A DNA stretch of 64,000 nt. Source: an uncultured Candidatus Saccharibacteria bacterium (GTDB taxonomy: Bacteria > Patescibacteriota > SICC01 > CAYSOT01). The notes under the pieces are model-generated. The model saw only the letters and a list, made by a program, of their open reading frames with translations, was not told the DNA's origin and ran no database searches. Made by a program: the position numbers and the translations under genes. This document shows positions 35,878 through 45,775 of the stretch, one piece after another. Within the stretch, counting starts at the first letter, position 1. Each line of letters begins with the position of its first letter. The DNA lies in contig CAYSOT010000001.1 of the NCBI GenBank assembly GCA_964432765.1, positions 66,096-130,095 of the forward strand, read 5' to 3'.

Positions 35878-36612
35878 TTAGTAGCTAAAGTCGACAGAAT
35901 TATTAGTCTTTACTGTATCGGTTGAAGAAGTGTCACTCAGCGCTCCGGTAATTCCGTTGAGCACCCACAGAACGACTCCGATGATGATCACGATAATCTC
36001 GCCCTGTGAGAATTTGGCATCAGACGCCTGATTATTACTTCTAACATCCCAGTAGTTATTAAGTTTGCTAATCGCCAGCCCAGCAAAGACGTAATAGAGG
36101 ATACCCCCAACGATCATGAGCAAGATTGCCGGAATGATAAACAATGCAGCTCCTCCGATCGCAAGGCCCGCATTACCTGAAACTGCTGCACCTGCACCAA
36201 CAATGAGGCCGAGTATAAACAGAGCAATCCCACCAAAGAGAAGGCCCAGTGGGAGAAATACGTACATTCCAGCGGAAAATCCTTCAAGATTGTTTTCTCG
36301 GCGCACGCGGTTAATATCTCGGAAAATCCAGTAGATAATAAAGAGATTCAAAATCGGAACGATGAGCCCGATTGTCTGAAGACCCGCATTGTCATCGGTT
36401 TTCAGCTCCCGAGAGAGAATCCGCCGGTTTTGATAAAACCAATAAAACCAGTAGAGTCCACTCGTAACCCACGAAAGTCCAAAGACTCGGATTACGCTGT
36501 ATTTGATTTTCCATTCTTCTGGACGATTAACATCCTTCGCAAGTGGAGACGCCGCAGGCGCTGTGGGCGCTTCTACGGGAGCGGGTGTTGGCTGTTCATT
36601 TTCGTCGGCCAT
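35878..36612 (-). CDS. DUF4234-like membrane protein, copy 2 (extra Gly/Ala-rich TM region)
   Basis: KIKYSVIRVFGLSWVTSGLYWFYWFY...DDNAGLQTIGLIVPILNLFIIYWIFRDI parallels the motifs of copy 1. Confidence 0.55.
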   Translation of the reverse strand: MADENEQPTPAPVEAPTAPAASPLAKDVNRPEEWKIKYSVIRVFGLSWVTSGLYWFYWFYQNRRILSRELKTDDNAGLQTIGLIVPILNLFIIYWIFRDINRVRRENNLEGFSAGMYVFLPLGLLFGGIALFILGLIVGAGAAVSGNAGLAIGGAALFIIPAILLMIVGGILYYVFAGLAISKLNNYWDVRSNNQASDAKFSQGEIIVIIIGVVLWVLNGITGALSDTSSTDTVKTNNSVDFSY

Positions 36613-36688
36613 AATTTCCTTTTTATGTTAGTTGAAGGCTTCTACCCACAGACTAACAAGATGCGTGGCGAGCAGCAATACAAAACGT

Positions 36689-37282
36689 CTACGTATGCTT
36701 GGCAGCGTTGAACGCCTCTTCAACTGCAGCCCAGTCCATGTTCCGCAAAAAGGCCTCGATGTACTTGGGTCGTGCGGTAGAGAAATCAGCAATATACGCA
36801 TGCTCGTAAACGTCGAGCGCGACTACTGGGTGAGCGTTCCAAATCGGGAAGGTGTCTTGGCTATCGCCAATACAATTGTAGAGAGCTTGAAAATCATCGT
36901 CCCAAGCAGTCCACGCCCAACCTCGCCCTGCCATACCGGCCGCTGTTAAATCGGCAATGTAGTTGTCCCAGGATCCAAAATCTATCTCAACTTGGTACTT
37001 AAACGCTCCCTCAACCGGTGTTCCGTCACCGCCGAGGTGCCCGAAGTAAATCTCATGATTCTTAATTCCCCCGACCGCAAAAGTCGCGCCTAGCGAAGCC
37101 GCCCGGTAATCAGAAAAGGCCTGGTTTGCCTTGCTCTTATCTGCTTCTGCAAGCCTACCCATGGCTTCGTTGAATTTCGCGACATAGCCTTCGTAGAGTT
37201 TGTAGTGAGCCTGAACCGACTGGGCCGAAATCCCCTGCAGGGAATTCAGACGGTCATTGTACGGCTTGGCTTGATATTCCAT
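36689..37282 (-). CDS. sodA: Fe/Mn superoxide dismutase
   Basis: N-terminal HHxKHH-type motif: AQSVQAHYKLYEGYV. C-terminal DVYEHAYIADF with DxWEHAYY-like metal ligands. Confidence 0.9.
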   Translation of the reverse strand: MEYQAKPYNDRLNSLQGISAQSVQAHYKLYEGYVAKFNEAMGRLAEADKSKANQAFSDYRAASLGATFAVGGIKNHEIYFGHLGGDGTPVEGAFKYQVEIDFGSWDNYIADLTAAGMAGRGWAWTAWDDDFQALYNCIGDSQDTFPIWNAHPVVALDVYEHAYIADFSTARPKYIEAFLRNMDWAAVEEAFNAAKHT

Positions 37283-37382
37283 GGTCTCCTTTGGTTACTT
37301 CACCAGTATACCTTGTTCGAAATCTTCGCTTGCCAACAAATGGCAAAAGCGCGAAACTAAACTGTCGACAGAAAGGAGCGGG

Positions 37383-37652
37383 ATGACTCCCGACAACCCC
37401 GTCTCGCTCTTCTTCACCTACGTCACCGAGCACCTTCAGACCCTCATCGCTTCTTCGCTTCCCTATGTGCTTTCCCTTTCCATGTGGTTTGGGGTCGGCA
37501 CGGTAACGTGGCAGGTACGTCACGCCATCCGCGAGGAGAAGATCGTCATCACCACGATCGATGAGGCCGAAGAGGATGACGAAGAGGATGACGAAGATGA
37601 CGAGATCGACCCTGGTCTAGACGACTCTCACGAGTTCCCACTCTGGGCCTGA
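37383..37652 (+). CDS. Small membrane protein with poly-acidic C-terminal tail
   Basis: MTPDNPVSLFF... has two hydrophobic segments and ends EAEEDDEEDDEDDEIDPGLDDSHEFPLWA. The track ORF starts at 37281, but the Met at 37383 is the more plausible start. Confidence 0.4.
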   Translation: MTPDNPVSLFFTYVTEHLQTLIASSLPYVLSLSMWFGVGTVTWQVRHAIREEKIVITTIDEAEEDDEEDDEDDEIDPGLDDSHEFPLWA

Positions 37653-37705
37653 AACACGCTTTGCTAACCCCTTCAGGTTCCCAGAGCGTGTTTCCCTTGT
37701 TGTAA

Positions 37706-38260
37706 CTACTTCTGCCAGGGTGTCTCGAGCACACCGGCGCGGTGATTGACAGTACGTGCAAGCACAAACAAAAGATCGGAAAGCCTGTTGATGTAGACCA
37801 GACTATGTGGATTAATCGGCTCTTCCTCTGCCAGTGCCGCGAGGCGCCGTTCTGCTCTACGACAGATGGTTCGTGATTGATGCAATAGTGCGCCCGGCCT
37901 AGACCCACCAGGCAAAATAAAGGTGGTCAGCGCCGGTAATTCCCCATCAAAATGGTCTATCCATTGTTCGAGCTGGGACACCTTCTCTTTGTTAACACGT
38001 AGAGAATCGTCGATCATGCGCTTTGCTTTGGTACCACCTTCCGCCGCTTCGGCACCGATATTGAAAAGCGTGTTTTGAACCTGGGTAAGAATGTTTGTCA
38101 GTTCTTCGTCTGTAATCTCTGCCTGGGCAACCCCAAGCGACGCATTTAGCTCATCAAGCGATCCAAATACCGCCACGCGTGTTTTGAATTTAGGAACACG
38201 CTGGCCCCCATAAAGGCTGGTAAGTCCCTGGTCACCGGTTCTGGTGTATATTCGCGGCAT
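37706..38260 (-). CDS. ATP:cob(I)alamin adenosyltransferase, PduO-type
   Basis: MPRIYTRTGDQGLTSLYGGQRVPK is the canonical PduO-type N-terminus. The 184 aa protein also has LxxLSDLLF. Confidence 0.85.
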   Translation of the reverse strand: MPRIYTRTGDQGLTSLYGGQRVPKFKTRVAVFGSLDELNASLGVAQAEITDEELTNILTQVQNTLFNIGAEAAEGGTKAKRMIDDSLRVNKEKVSQLEQWIDHFDGELPALTTFILPGGSRPGALLHQSRTICRRAERRLAALAEEEPINPHSLVYINRLSDLLFVLARTVNHRAGVLETPWQK

Positions 38261-38347
38261 CTAGTGTCAGTCTACCGCGAAACACTTGAGTCGGCACTGA
38301 GAGCGGGGTTCTAGCAGGGAAGAACGCTTGCAGGTAGGCTAAAGGCG

Positions 38348-38938
38348 ATGTCGACACAAAAACCATTTGTTGCACTCGTCGGGGGCCTTGCCTCCGGCAA
38401 ATCTACTACGGGAGCACTTGTTGCCAAGCATCTTGGCTGGAGCTTTGTGACAGAAAACTTTGAGTCACATCCATTTCTTCAAAAATTTTATGAAGATCCA
38501 CGTGCCTACGGCTTTGAAACTGAGTTAGCCTTCTTCGCCATACACGCGCACCAGTTGAACCTTGCTCGGAATACGAGGCCCCTGCTTACTGATTTTTCAA
38601 TTACAAATAACCTTCCCTACGCTGAAAACGTCGTCGATCGTAAGCACTTTGATTCGCTTATTAGGATTCACGATGCGCTACTTCAGCATGTCCCCGAGCC
38701 CGACCTAACAATATTTCTAGACGTTCCGCCGGAAGTACAGCTGGCGCGAATCAAGGAGCGAGGCCGTCATATAGAGCAGGGCGTCACACTTGATTACCTC
38801 ACACACCTCAGGCAAAAGTTCTTGGAGCATTTGGAACGTTTGCCAAGCTACAGCCGCATTTGCGTAAGCGCAACAGATACCCCGGAGCAAGTGGCAGCAA
38901 CGGTTGAAGCAGAAATACAACGATTCTCTCTTAACTAG
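38348..38938 (+). CDS. Deoxynucleoside kinase (dAK/dGK family)
   Basis: The P-loop is VALVGGLASGKST, an LID/ERxxR region is KERGRHIEQG, and the protein is 196 aa. Confidence 0.8.
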   Translation: MSTQKPFVALVGGLASGKSTTGALVAKHLGWSFVTENFESHPFLQKFYEDPRAYGFETELAFFAIHAHQLNLARNTRPLLTDFSITNNLPYAENVVDRKHFDSLIRIHDALLQHVPEPDLTIFLDVPPEVQLARIKERGRHIEQGVTLDYLTHLRQKFLEHLERLPSYSRICVSATDTPEQVAATVEAEIQRFSLN

Positions 38939-40125
38939 TAGCGCAAAAGCTTGTGCGCACCACCATTTTGCTGATCGTAAACGTACCTCTCGACTTCAGC
39001 GCGCCAATCTAAGTCTGTATCCGACAGGCGTACAATCTGCCCATCTCGCATAAAGTGCGGATTAATCACCCGCCGTTTGTGACGGATTGCCGTTTCGCGT
39101 GGATTGTCGAGAACTAATTGCGGCGCGAATGGATCATCCATTTGACGACGCAACCAGTCCAGCTCAGCATCAGAGGCGCAGAATGTCTGGAGGTGCTCAA
39201 GAAGCTCTGCTTCATCTACGTGATAAAGATCTTCTTCATTGATGTATGCCATCGCTATTGCATGACGAAGCCATTCCGTCGTAGCGCGATGAACCGCAAC
39301 ACTCCGATCACCCGTGTAGAAGTTTTCGTTTAAGAAGCTGAACGTTTCTGCCATTTCTCTGGCGTCTTCCCATGTTCGAAGCACCCAGGTAGGAACACCA
39401 TCTATCTCGCTAACCGTTAAACCGTCGATAATCTCTTGAGCCCTTGGAAGAGTAATAATTGTTCGGCCATACCGACTGCCTGAAACAGCGTCCCGACGCC
39501 AATAATCGATACGATCTGCACAGAGATCTGGCAAAGGGCGTTCCTGCAACGGATGCCGAGATAGATCGAGTACATTTTCAACTTCGATACCATACTCTGG
39601 ATGTGCGGCCAGAATTGTCGCGAGCTCCTGTCGTGCCTCTGAGGGAGTCTCCGCGTCAGCTAGACGGTCATCGTGGTGCGTTTGGTGAAGCGTGTCCTGG
39701 TGAAGATAGTCTATGCAGTGTGAGAAAGTCCCGTGGTCAGTATCATGCCATGCGCCTGCAAGCTGCTCTTCTCGACTAGCCCCGTGACGACGCAGTAGCA
39801 GCCACACGCCAATTGCGTGATCAAACCGCGTATGAGGGCCGACTTCAAGTGCTGCTAAGTAGCCCGGACGATGCCCGAGCTGGCTTATTTCGCGCTGCTT
39901 TTGAAAGCTTCGGGACCGAAGAATTGCTAAATCGAGCGGATCGCGAAAATCTGCAGGACCGTGAAACCAGTCGATGACCCTGATTCCACCATCGGCGAGC
40001 TCTATTTGCTTGGTAGTGTCGGGAAGTGATTTCTCGTCAAACGGACGCTCATACTCGGCGCGGGATTTTCCCCCACCTAACTCAGTTGTCGTTGACACGT
40101 TTTTCAGTATATCGGAGCTACCCAA
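38935..40125 (-). CDS. HD-domain phosphohydrolase (dGTPase-like family member)
   Basis: The HD motif is RFDHAIGV...AWHDTDHGTFSH...DYLH. The protein is 396 aa. It converges on the kinase gene with a 4-nt overlap. Confidence 0.65.
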   Translation of the reverse strand: MGSSDILKNVSTTTELGGGKSRAEYERPFDEKSLPDTTKQIELADGGIRVIDWFHGPADFRDPLDLAILRSRSFQKQREISQLGHRPGYLAALEVGPHTRFDHAIGVWLLLRRHGASREEQLAGAWHDTDHGTFSHCIDYLHQDTLHQTHHDDRLADAETPSEARQELATILAAHPEYGIEVENVLDLSRHPLQERPLPDLCADRIDYWRRDAVSGSRYGRTIITLPRAQEIIDGLTVSEIDGVPTWVLRTWEDAREMAETFSFLNENFYTGDRSVAVHRATTEWLRHAIAMAYINEEDLYHVDEAELLEHLQTFCASDAELDWLRRQMDDPFAPQLVLDNPRETAIRHKRRVINPHFMRDGQIVRLSDTDLDWRAEVERYVYDQQNGGAHKLLRY

Positions 40126-40141
40126 GCACGCCCAGAGGAAC

Positions 40142-41008
40142 CTACATTAAGTCTTTGAGCAGAGGGGCGAGCTTGGGCGCACTTTTTCTAGCCGCCAAAG
40201 GCGCCTTAAGATGTTCAATCTCCTCGGTATAAACCGGTCGTTCTTCGGTGTAGATAATTCCGATTGGCAGCTCGTCGCCCCATTTATGGGCCTGTTGGTG
40301 TGCCGCTTCGTGCGAGGCCGGATTATAGTCGGCTAGATCATCAAGTTTATAGAGACGTTCTCGGTAGTAGTCATACGTTTGAACGTGATTAAACGTCACA
40401 CATGGCTGAAATACATCTACAAGGCTGTAGCCTTGATGCTGCATCGCTGACTTTATCAACTCCTTGAGATGATTGTGTTCTCCGGCAAACCCTCGCGAAA
40501 TAAATGAAGCACCCGCCTCAAGCGCCAACCCCAAAGGGTTCACTTGGCGTTCTATCACTCCATCAGGTGTCGATTTTGTCTTAAATCCCTGCTCTGAGGT
40601 CGGGGACGTTTGTCCCGTCGTGAGTCCGTAAATCAAGTTGTCGTGAACGATATGTGTAATGTTGTGGTTTCCACGCATTGCATGAATCCAGTGGCTAAGC
40701 CCTTCGCCGTAGTTGTCTCCATCTCCGTTAACCACCAGAACCGGCAGGTCGTGGTTTGCGAGCTTGGCTCCGATTGCCGTTGGCAGTGCCCGACCATGGA
40801 GGGCATGAAACCCATAGGCATTCAAAAAGGAGCACATGTTGCCACTGCAGCCGATTCCATACACTACGATCAGCTCATGAGGTGCGATCCCAAGCTCCGC
40901 GAGCGCTTGTTTGATAGCACCCCAAATAGACCAGTCACCACAACCGGGACACCACGTAGGAAATACTTCCGTCTCAAAATCAGTGGCTACTAGTCTTTTC
41001 TTAGCCAT
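40142..41008 (-). CDS. korB: 2-oxoacid:ferredoxin oxidoreductase, beta (TPP-binding) subunit
   Basis: FETEVFPTWCPGCGDWSIWGA...GIGCSGNM is the KorB/PorB thiamine-diphosphate binding fold. The TPP motif is GDGD-x-Y. Confidence 0.85.
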   Translation of the reverse strand: MAKKRLVATDFETEVFPTWCPGCGDWSIWGAIKQALAELGIAPHELIVVYGIGCSGNMCSFLNAYGFHALHGRALPTAIGAKLANHDLPVLVVNGDGDNYGEGLSHWIHAMRGNHNITHIVHDNLIYGLTTGQTSPTSEQGFKTKSTPDGVIERQVNPLGLALEAGASFISRGFAGEHNHLKELIKSAMQHQGYSLVDVFQPCVTFNHVQTYDYYRERLYKLDDLADYNPASHEAAHQQAHKWGDELPIGIIYTEERPVYTEEIEHLKAPLAARKSAPKLAPLLKDLM

Positions 41009-42905
41009 GCATGACTCCTTCTATTGCTTCGACGACTTCTTCTGGGTAGATTGGCCGACCATCGTATTTAAGGAGTCGGTTAGTAAGATTAATACCGGTT
41101 TGCTCCCGAATGAGACCGCCGAGTTGACCCGTCATGTTAGTTTCTACAAGCAAGGTTGATGCCGAATCCGTAAGCAGTGTTTCTACAATCTTCTGAGGAA
41201 AGGGCCAAATCGTCTTGAGCTGCAAGAACCGCGTCTGGATACCGCGAGCCGTAAGGTGTTTTTGTGCTTCGAGAATCGCTCCCTTCGTCGAGCCCCAAGA
41301 AACAATCGTTACCTCTGCATTTTTGGGGCCGTAAAGCTGGGGTGCGGGGACACTTTTTTGCAATTCTGGGAGCTTGGCAAATCGTTTTTGCATCATCGCT
41401 ATCCGCACCTTTGCATCTTCGGAGCTATAGCCAAATTCGTCATGCTCATCAGAATTAGCCATGAAGATACCGCCTTCTTGCCCAGGAAAACTACGTGGGC
41501 TTACGCCATCTTCCATTAGTTCGTATCGCTTGAATCGACGTTTCATTTTTTTAAGCGCCGCGTCTGTGACAACTTTTCCGCGGTTAACCTTCGGTGCACT
41601 AGCGAAAGGCAGTGTCGTCCAATGAGATTCGTTAAGATACTTGTCGGTCAAAACAAAGACTGGGAGCTGATACATGTCGGCCAGGTTGAATGCTTCCGCA
41701 GTCATCAGAAATGCTTCGTCGACGTCACCTGGAGCAAGTATGACTCGGGGAAACTCGCCTTGCGCCGAATGCAGCACGAACCGCAAATCTCCCTGATCCG
41801 TCCAAGTTGGCAAACCCGTTGCTGGCCCGGGTCGCATCGCTTCCATAATTACCAGCGGGGTTTCGGTAATTGCCGCAAGTCCAAGCGCTTCGACCATCAA
41901 GGCAAAGCCGCCACCCGCTGACCCTGTCATAGCTCGCGCTCCAGCAAATGAAGCACCAATTGCCTGGTTTATAGCCGCTATTTCATCTTCGGCATGTTTC
42001 ACGACCATACCGAGCGCCTCTTGGTTCGCTGCGAGATAGTGCATCACCGGTGTCGCAGGAGTCATTGGGTAAGCCGAGTAAAAGGTACACCCTGCTGCTG
42101 CTGCTCCAAGGGCAAGTGCCTCTGCACCAGTGACGGCAATTTGTGCCGATTTCTTCTTAAGTGGTGCGAGGGAGTAGCTAAACTGCTCGGGATATGTGTC
42201 TAGGACATATCGATATCCCGCCGCAGCAGCGGCTTTATTTGCATCAATAGCGGCTTGTTTCTTCTTTGCACCAAAAACATCTTCGATCACTGCTTCGAAA
42301 AGCGGTAAGGGATATCCGCATAGTGCTAAAAACGCTCCAAGCGCGACAGTGTTGCGCATGAGCTTCTGTCCCGCCGCCTCAAGGGCTAGCGACTCTAGAG
42401 GAACACCATAGTGTCGCAGTGAAGGACGCGATAAATCGCCGTGATCGATTGTGATCTCGTCGCTGTCATAAAGAATTGCCCCGTCATCGGTCAGTTCATG
42501 CTCATGTAGAAACACCGTCGCTTTGTTGAGCGCCACTAGTACGTTGATTTTTCCAAGCGCAGCATGGACTTGCTCTTCATCGACACGTAGCAAGAACGTG
42601 TTGTGCCCGCCGCGAATTAATGAGGGGTATTCCGTGTAGTCAAAGACACTTAGACCGCCACGGGAAAGCGTCTTGGTTAGCAAAAGCCCTGAAACAGCGA
42701 TACCGAACCCGGCTTCGCCGCCAATTTTCACGGTAAGTCGATTTGGTCGCGGGCGACTCTGCTCATCAGTTGCAGCAACCGACGGGGTGTCGTGACGAGG
42801 ATCACGAGGATACGTATAGGGATGAGGGGCTCCGGCTCGCCGACTTGCTGGAGCAAGTGCTGTTTCACGCTGTGCGCGTGCCCCCTTTGCACTGCGCTCT
42901 TTCAT
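41001..42905 (-). CDS. korA: 2-oxoacid:ferredoxin oxidoreductase, fused gamma-alpha subunit
   Basis: The N-terminal gamma-like domain is KIGGEAGFGIAVSGLLL, followed by an alpha domain (AAAGCTFYSAYPMTPATP). It overlaps korB by 8 nt. Confidence 0.85.
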   Translation of the reverse strand: MKERSAKGARAQRETALAPASRRAGAPHPYTYPRDPRHDTPSVAATDEQSRPRPNRLTVKIGGEAGFGIAVSGLLLTKTLSRGGLSVFDYTEYPSLIRGGHNTFLLRVDEEQVHAALGKINVLVALNKATVFLHEHELTDDGAILYDSDEITIDHGDLSRPSLRHYGVPLESLALEAAGQKLMRNTVALGAFLALCGYPLPLFEAVIEDVFGAKKKQAAIDANKAAAAAGYRYVLDTYPEQFSYSLAPLKKKSAQIAVTGAEALALGAAAAGCTFYSAYPMTPATPVMHYLAANQEALGMVVKHAEDEIAAINQAIGASFAGARAMTGSAGGGFALMVEALGLAAITETPLVIMEAMRPGPATGLPTWTDQGDLRFVLHSAQGEFPRVILAPGDVDEAFLMTAEAFNLADMYQLPVFVLTDKYLNESHWTTLPFASAPKVNRGKVVTDAALKKMKRRFKRYELMEDGVSPRSFPGQEGGIFMANSDEHDEFGYSSEDAKVRIAMMQKRFAKLPELQKSVPAPQLYGPKNAEVTIVSWGSTKGAILEAQKHLTARGIQTRFLQLKTIWPFPQKIVETLLTDSASTLLVETNMTGQLGGLIREQTGINLTNRLLKYDGRPIYPEEVVEAIEGVMHG

Positions 42906-43243
42906 GTTGCCGCCAGACCTGGGTGTGAAAGTAGTGCTTCGCGGACTACCTCGAGCCTCGAGGGCAATTCGAGCGCCCTGAGCTCATCGGCAAATTGGCT
43001 GCGCTCGTCGGCAAGTAAGCCAGTGTCATTCGTTAAACCAGCCCAGGCTGTAAGCCACACCTCTTGTGACTCTGGCTCTTCATGGCTGAGCGCCCAGACC
43101 ACCTCTGCTATTGCCGCGTCTTCCATTACGACAGATTCCGCGGATCTTACGAGCCTGAGGCTACTTGGGTGGGGTGTTACGTCCGCGCCCTGTGTACTTG
43201 TTTCTGGCCTGCCCATTGCTGTAAGCATACCTTTTATAGGCAA
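42902..43243 (-). CDS. Hypothetical protein (113 aa) co-transcribed upstream of korA
   Basis: A 4-nt overlap with the korA start points to operon membership. No motif is recognised. Confidence 0.35.
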   Translation of the reverse strand: MPIKGMLTAMGRPETSTQGADVTPHPSSLRLVRSAESVVMEDAAIAEVVWALSHEEPESQEVWLTAWAGLTNDTGLLADERSQFADELRALELPSRLEVVREALLSHPGLAAT

Positions 43244-43275
43244 CGAGTTGAAAGCTCTCCTGCTACAATAGCTCC

Positions 43276-43932
43276 GTGCCTAAAAAAACGCATATCATCA
43301 TGGATTTCGACCGGACAATTCTCGACACCGGCAGTTTAAGTAAGGGCATGTATGAAGCAGTGCGGGGTTTTGGAATAAGCCGGGAAAAGTGGAACAGTGC
43401 ACTGGCGGAACGAGGAGAAGAAAATATACTACGAATCGAAAGGTTGGCGGAGCAACTGAATCCACGCAAACCGGGTCATCTTATAGACGCCCTACAGAAA
43501 GAAATTAGCGATGCAACGTGGTATCTGTATCCGGACGTTAGACCCTTTTTGTCTTTTGTGTCACAGCATGCTGAACTTCATCTTTTGACGCTAGGCGATG
43601 CTGATTTTCAGCGCTCTAAAATCGAAGCAACCGGAATCGCTTCCTTTTTTAGTACCATCACAACCACCGAGAAGCCAAAGCATGAACTAAAAAATTTACC
43701 TGTTTCGACTGTCGAACACGGGATCTTCATTAACGACAGCATCCAAGAAACACGCGACATGGCAGGTGTATATCGCTGGGCAAAACACCTCCATATCAAC
43801 CGTGATGGCGTTCAGCTTCCGCTCGACTTTCCATTCAAGAGTTTTCAGAACCTAGTTGAATTACAGATATACCTTTCGGAGCTATTGGATGTTCAGGTTG
43901 CTACTAATCAAGCCGATCAGATACCCAATTAG
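43276..43932 (+). CDS. HAD-superfamily hydrolase
   Basis: The N-terminal motif I is HIIMDFDRTILDT, which is DxD/T. Confidence 0.6.
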   Translation: MPKKTHIIMDFDRTILDTGSLSKGMYEAVRGFGISREKWNSALAERGEENILRIERLAEQLNPRKPGHLIDALQKEISDATWYLYPDVRPFLSFVSQHAELHLLTLGDADFQRSKIEATGIASFFSTITTTEKPKHELKNLPVSTVEHGIFINDSIQETRDMAGVYRWAKHLHINRDGVQLPLDFPFKSFQNLVELQIYLSELLDVQVATNQADQIPN

Positions 43933-44502
43933 AGCAGCACTTCCACCAAGCAGAAAGAATTGGAGTGCGCTTTTACGAAGCGATGTCTTAGTCGCAACGC
44001 CCTTGAATATGCCGACCATAATAAATGTGATGGCCCCAAGCACCACGGTGACCTTTGCCGCCGTGGCCGGCTCAAGTCCAAAAAAGAATGGAATGAGCGG
44101 GATCATGCCACTAATTACGTAGACGACCCACATCACCCCGGCAGCAACAAACGGGTTTGCGAGCACCGAATCGATGCGGTGTTTATCATGTTGATCCAGC
44201 GACAACCTAAAGTAGTCATCTTCTGAGGTGCGCGAAAGATACGTTCCGGTCGACATGGCAAAGGCACTCGTGAAAACATCGACGAGAACGGCCAAAATAA
44301 TCAACCGATTTGAAACGAGTGATGCTGTGAATCCGGTAATGATGCCGATGTTAGTCAGAAGAGCATCGTTGGTTCCAAACACAATATCACGTATGAATTG
44401 TCCGGCTACAGGTGTTTTTTCATTGTTGTTTGCCATGTTGTAAGTATACGCGTGAAGAGAAAAAGAAGCGCGGCGGTTGGGTCTCTGGATGAGATGTTCC
44501 AA
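43882..44502 (-). CDS. VIT1/CCC1-family (DUF125) iron/manganese transporter
   Basis: FGTNDALLTNIGIITGF and later TM helices match the VIT family. The start may be Met at about 44436. Confidence 0.65.
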   Translation of the reverse strand: MEHLIQRPNRRASFSLHAYTYNMANNNEKTPVAGQFIRDIVFGTNDALLTNIGIITGFTASLVSNRLIILAVLVDVFTSAFAMSTGTYLSRTSEDDYFRLSLDQHDKHRIDSVLANPFVAAGVMWVVYVISGMIPLIPFFFGLEPATAAKVTVVLGAITFIMVGIFKGVATKTSLRKSALQFFLLGGSAALIGYLIGLISSNLNIQ

Positions 44503-44522
44503 CCGCCGCGCGGTAGAGGTTT

Positions 44523-44873
44523 TTACCTTCTGCGTCTTGTCCGGACTCCGAGCCCAAGATGAGGATCGAGGGTGACGATTGCCAGGATGAACAGAAGGCT
44601 GAAGCCGACGAAAGCGGCACGTGCAATGACGGCGATACTGCCATCTCCGGAGAGATATGCAACTGCCCAGACTCCTAGCGCCGCCAGAGCGCCGAAGAGT
44701 GGGATCGCCATCGCGACCGCTGCGATGTTGTCCGTCAGCTCATCCGGCGCGAACATCGCGATGATTGCAAGCGCCAGGATGCCGGCATAGACACCCCAGG
44801 GAGCCTCCTGCGCGACTGCCACGAGGAAGGCGAAGAGGATGCCCAGGAGCAGCCAGCTGCGCACTGACTTCAT
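44523..44873 (-). CDS. Hypothetical small membrane protein on GC-rich island
   Basis: It has three or four hydrophobic helices, about 65% GC against about 48% in the neighbours, and the RBS AAAGGTAGG upstream. Confidence 0.5.
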   Translation of the reverse strand: MKSVRSWLLLGILFAFLVAVAQEAPWGVYAGILALAIIAMFAPDELTDNIAAVAMAIPLFGALAALGVWAVAYLSGDGSIAVIARAAFVGFSLLFILAIVTLDPHLGLGVRTRRRR

Positions 44874-44938
44874 GCTTACCTACCTTTCAACGAGCCTGGA
44901 CGAAGAATACGTCTTGTGCGAAATGGCGGCAAGTAGAC

Positions 44939-45283
44939 CTAGCGGAAGCTGTGCCCTCCCTTGCCGCTGAAGCCGCGGCGATTCGGGCCACGGAAGCGCG
45001 CATCGGGAACGGGCCGCTTCGGCATCTGCTGGTGCGAGTCGCTGATCACGACGCGACGCAGGACGGGCTCTGCGTTGCTGGCACCGGGCTCGTGACCCTC
45101 CGTGGTCACCTCTTCGAGCGTCATCTCACCGGCGAGGATGAGATCGACGAGACTGCGGATCTGGTTGACTGGAACGCCGGCCTGCAGCAGTCGCCGGTTG
45201 AGTTCGACACGCTCAGCGAGCATCTGCGAACGTGCGTCGTCGGTGTGGACCACAACGCCAGTGATGGTGTCGATGGTGGTCAT
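44939..45283 (-). CDS. Hypothetical protein on GC-rich island (Arg/Gly-rich C-terminus)
   Basis: MTTIDTITGVVVHTDDARSQ...RFRGPNRRGFSGKGGHSFR is about 65% GC with high third-position GC, which is unlike the rest of the window. Confidence 0.45.
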   Translation of the reverse strand: MTTIDTITGVVVHTDDARSQMLAERVELNRRLLQAGVPVNQIRSLVDLILAGEMTLEEVTTEGHEPGASNAEPVLRRVVISDSHQQMPKRPVPDARFRGPNRRGFSGKGGHSFR

Positions 45284-45775
45284 GGGGGTGTACTCACTTT
45301 CATTCGGGGAACGATACTGCCCACTAGCAACGATGATTCGTTACCGGTGAGCAGTATCGTCTATGCCTACATGATGCTAAGGTGCTGCCTTGACAGGGTG
45401 CTGCCAAAGCCATCAAAGGTACTATATTTTCCCTTTATTGTCAATAAAAATAGACTTCACCAATAGAAAGAACGCGAAGTATTTGGAGATAACTTCGCGC
45501 TCATGCGCACGCTAGGATGGGAGAATGTGGCGGTGCCGGAGAGGGGGCAGGGGATGATTCCTCTCCGGCACCAGCCGTTTACCGCCAGGGTCGTTGTTGC
45601 TCGGGAATACGGGGACCAGGGGGTCCGGCGTGCTCTCGAGTGGCGCGGATTCCGTGGCGGAGCCTGTCGACGTCGGCGCGATCGTGATGACCAGGGCCAT
45701 CTGGACGATGGGCAAACGCCCGGTTGGGGACAGCCTCTTGCTGCCTGTCGTCGTTTCGCCGATCATCCATGATCG

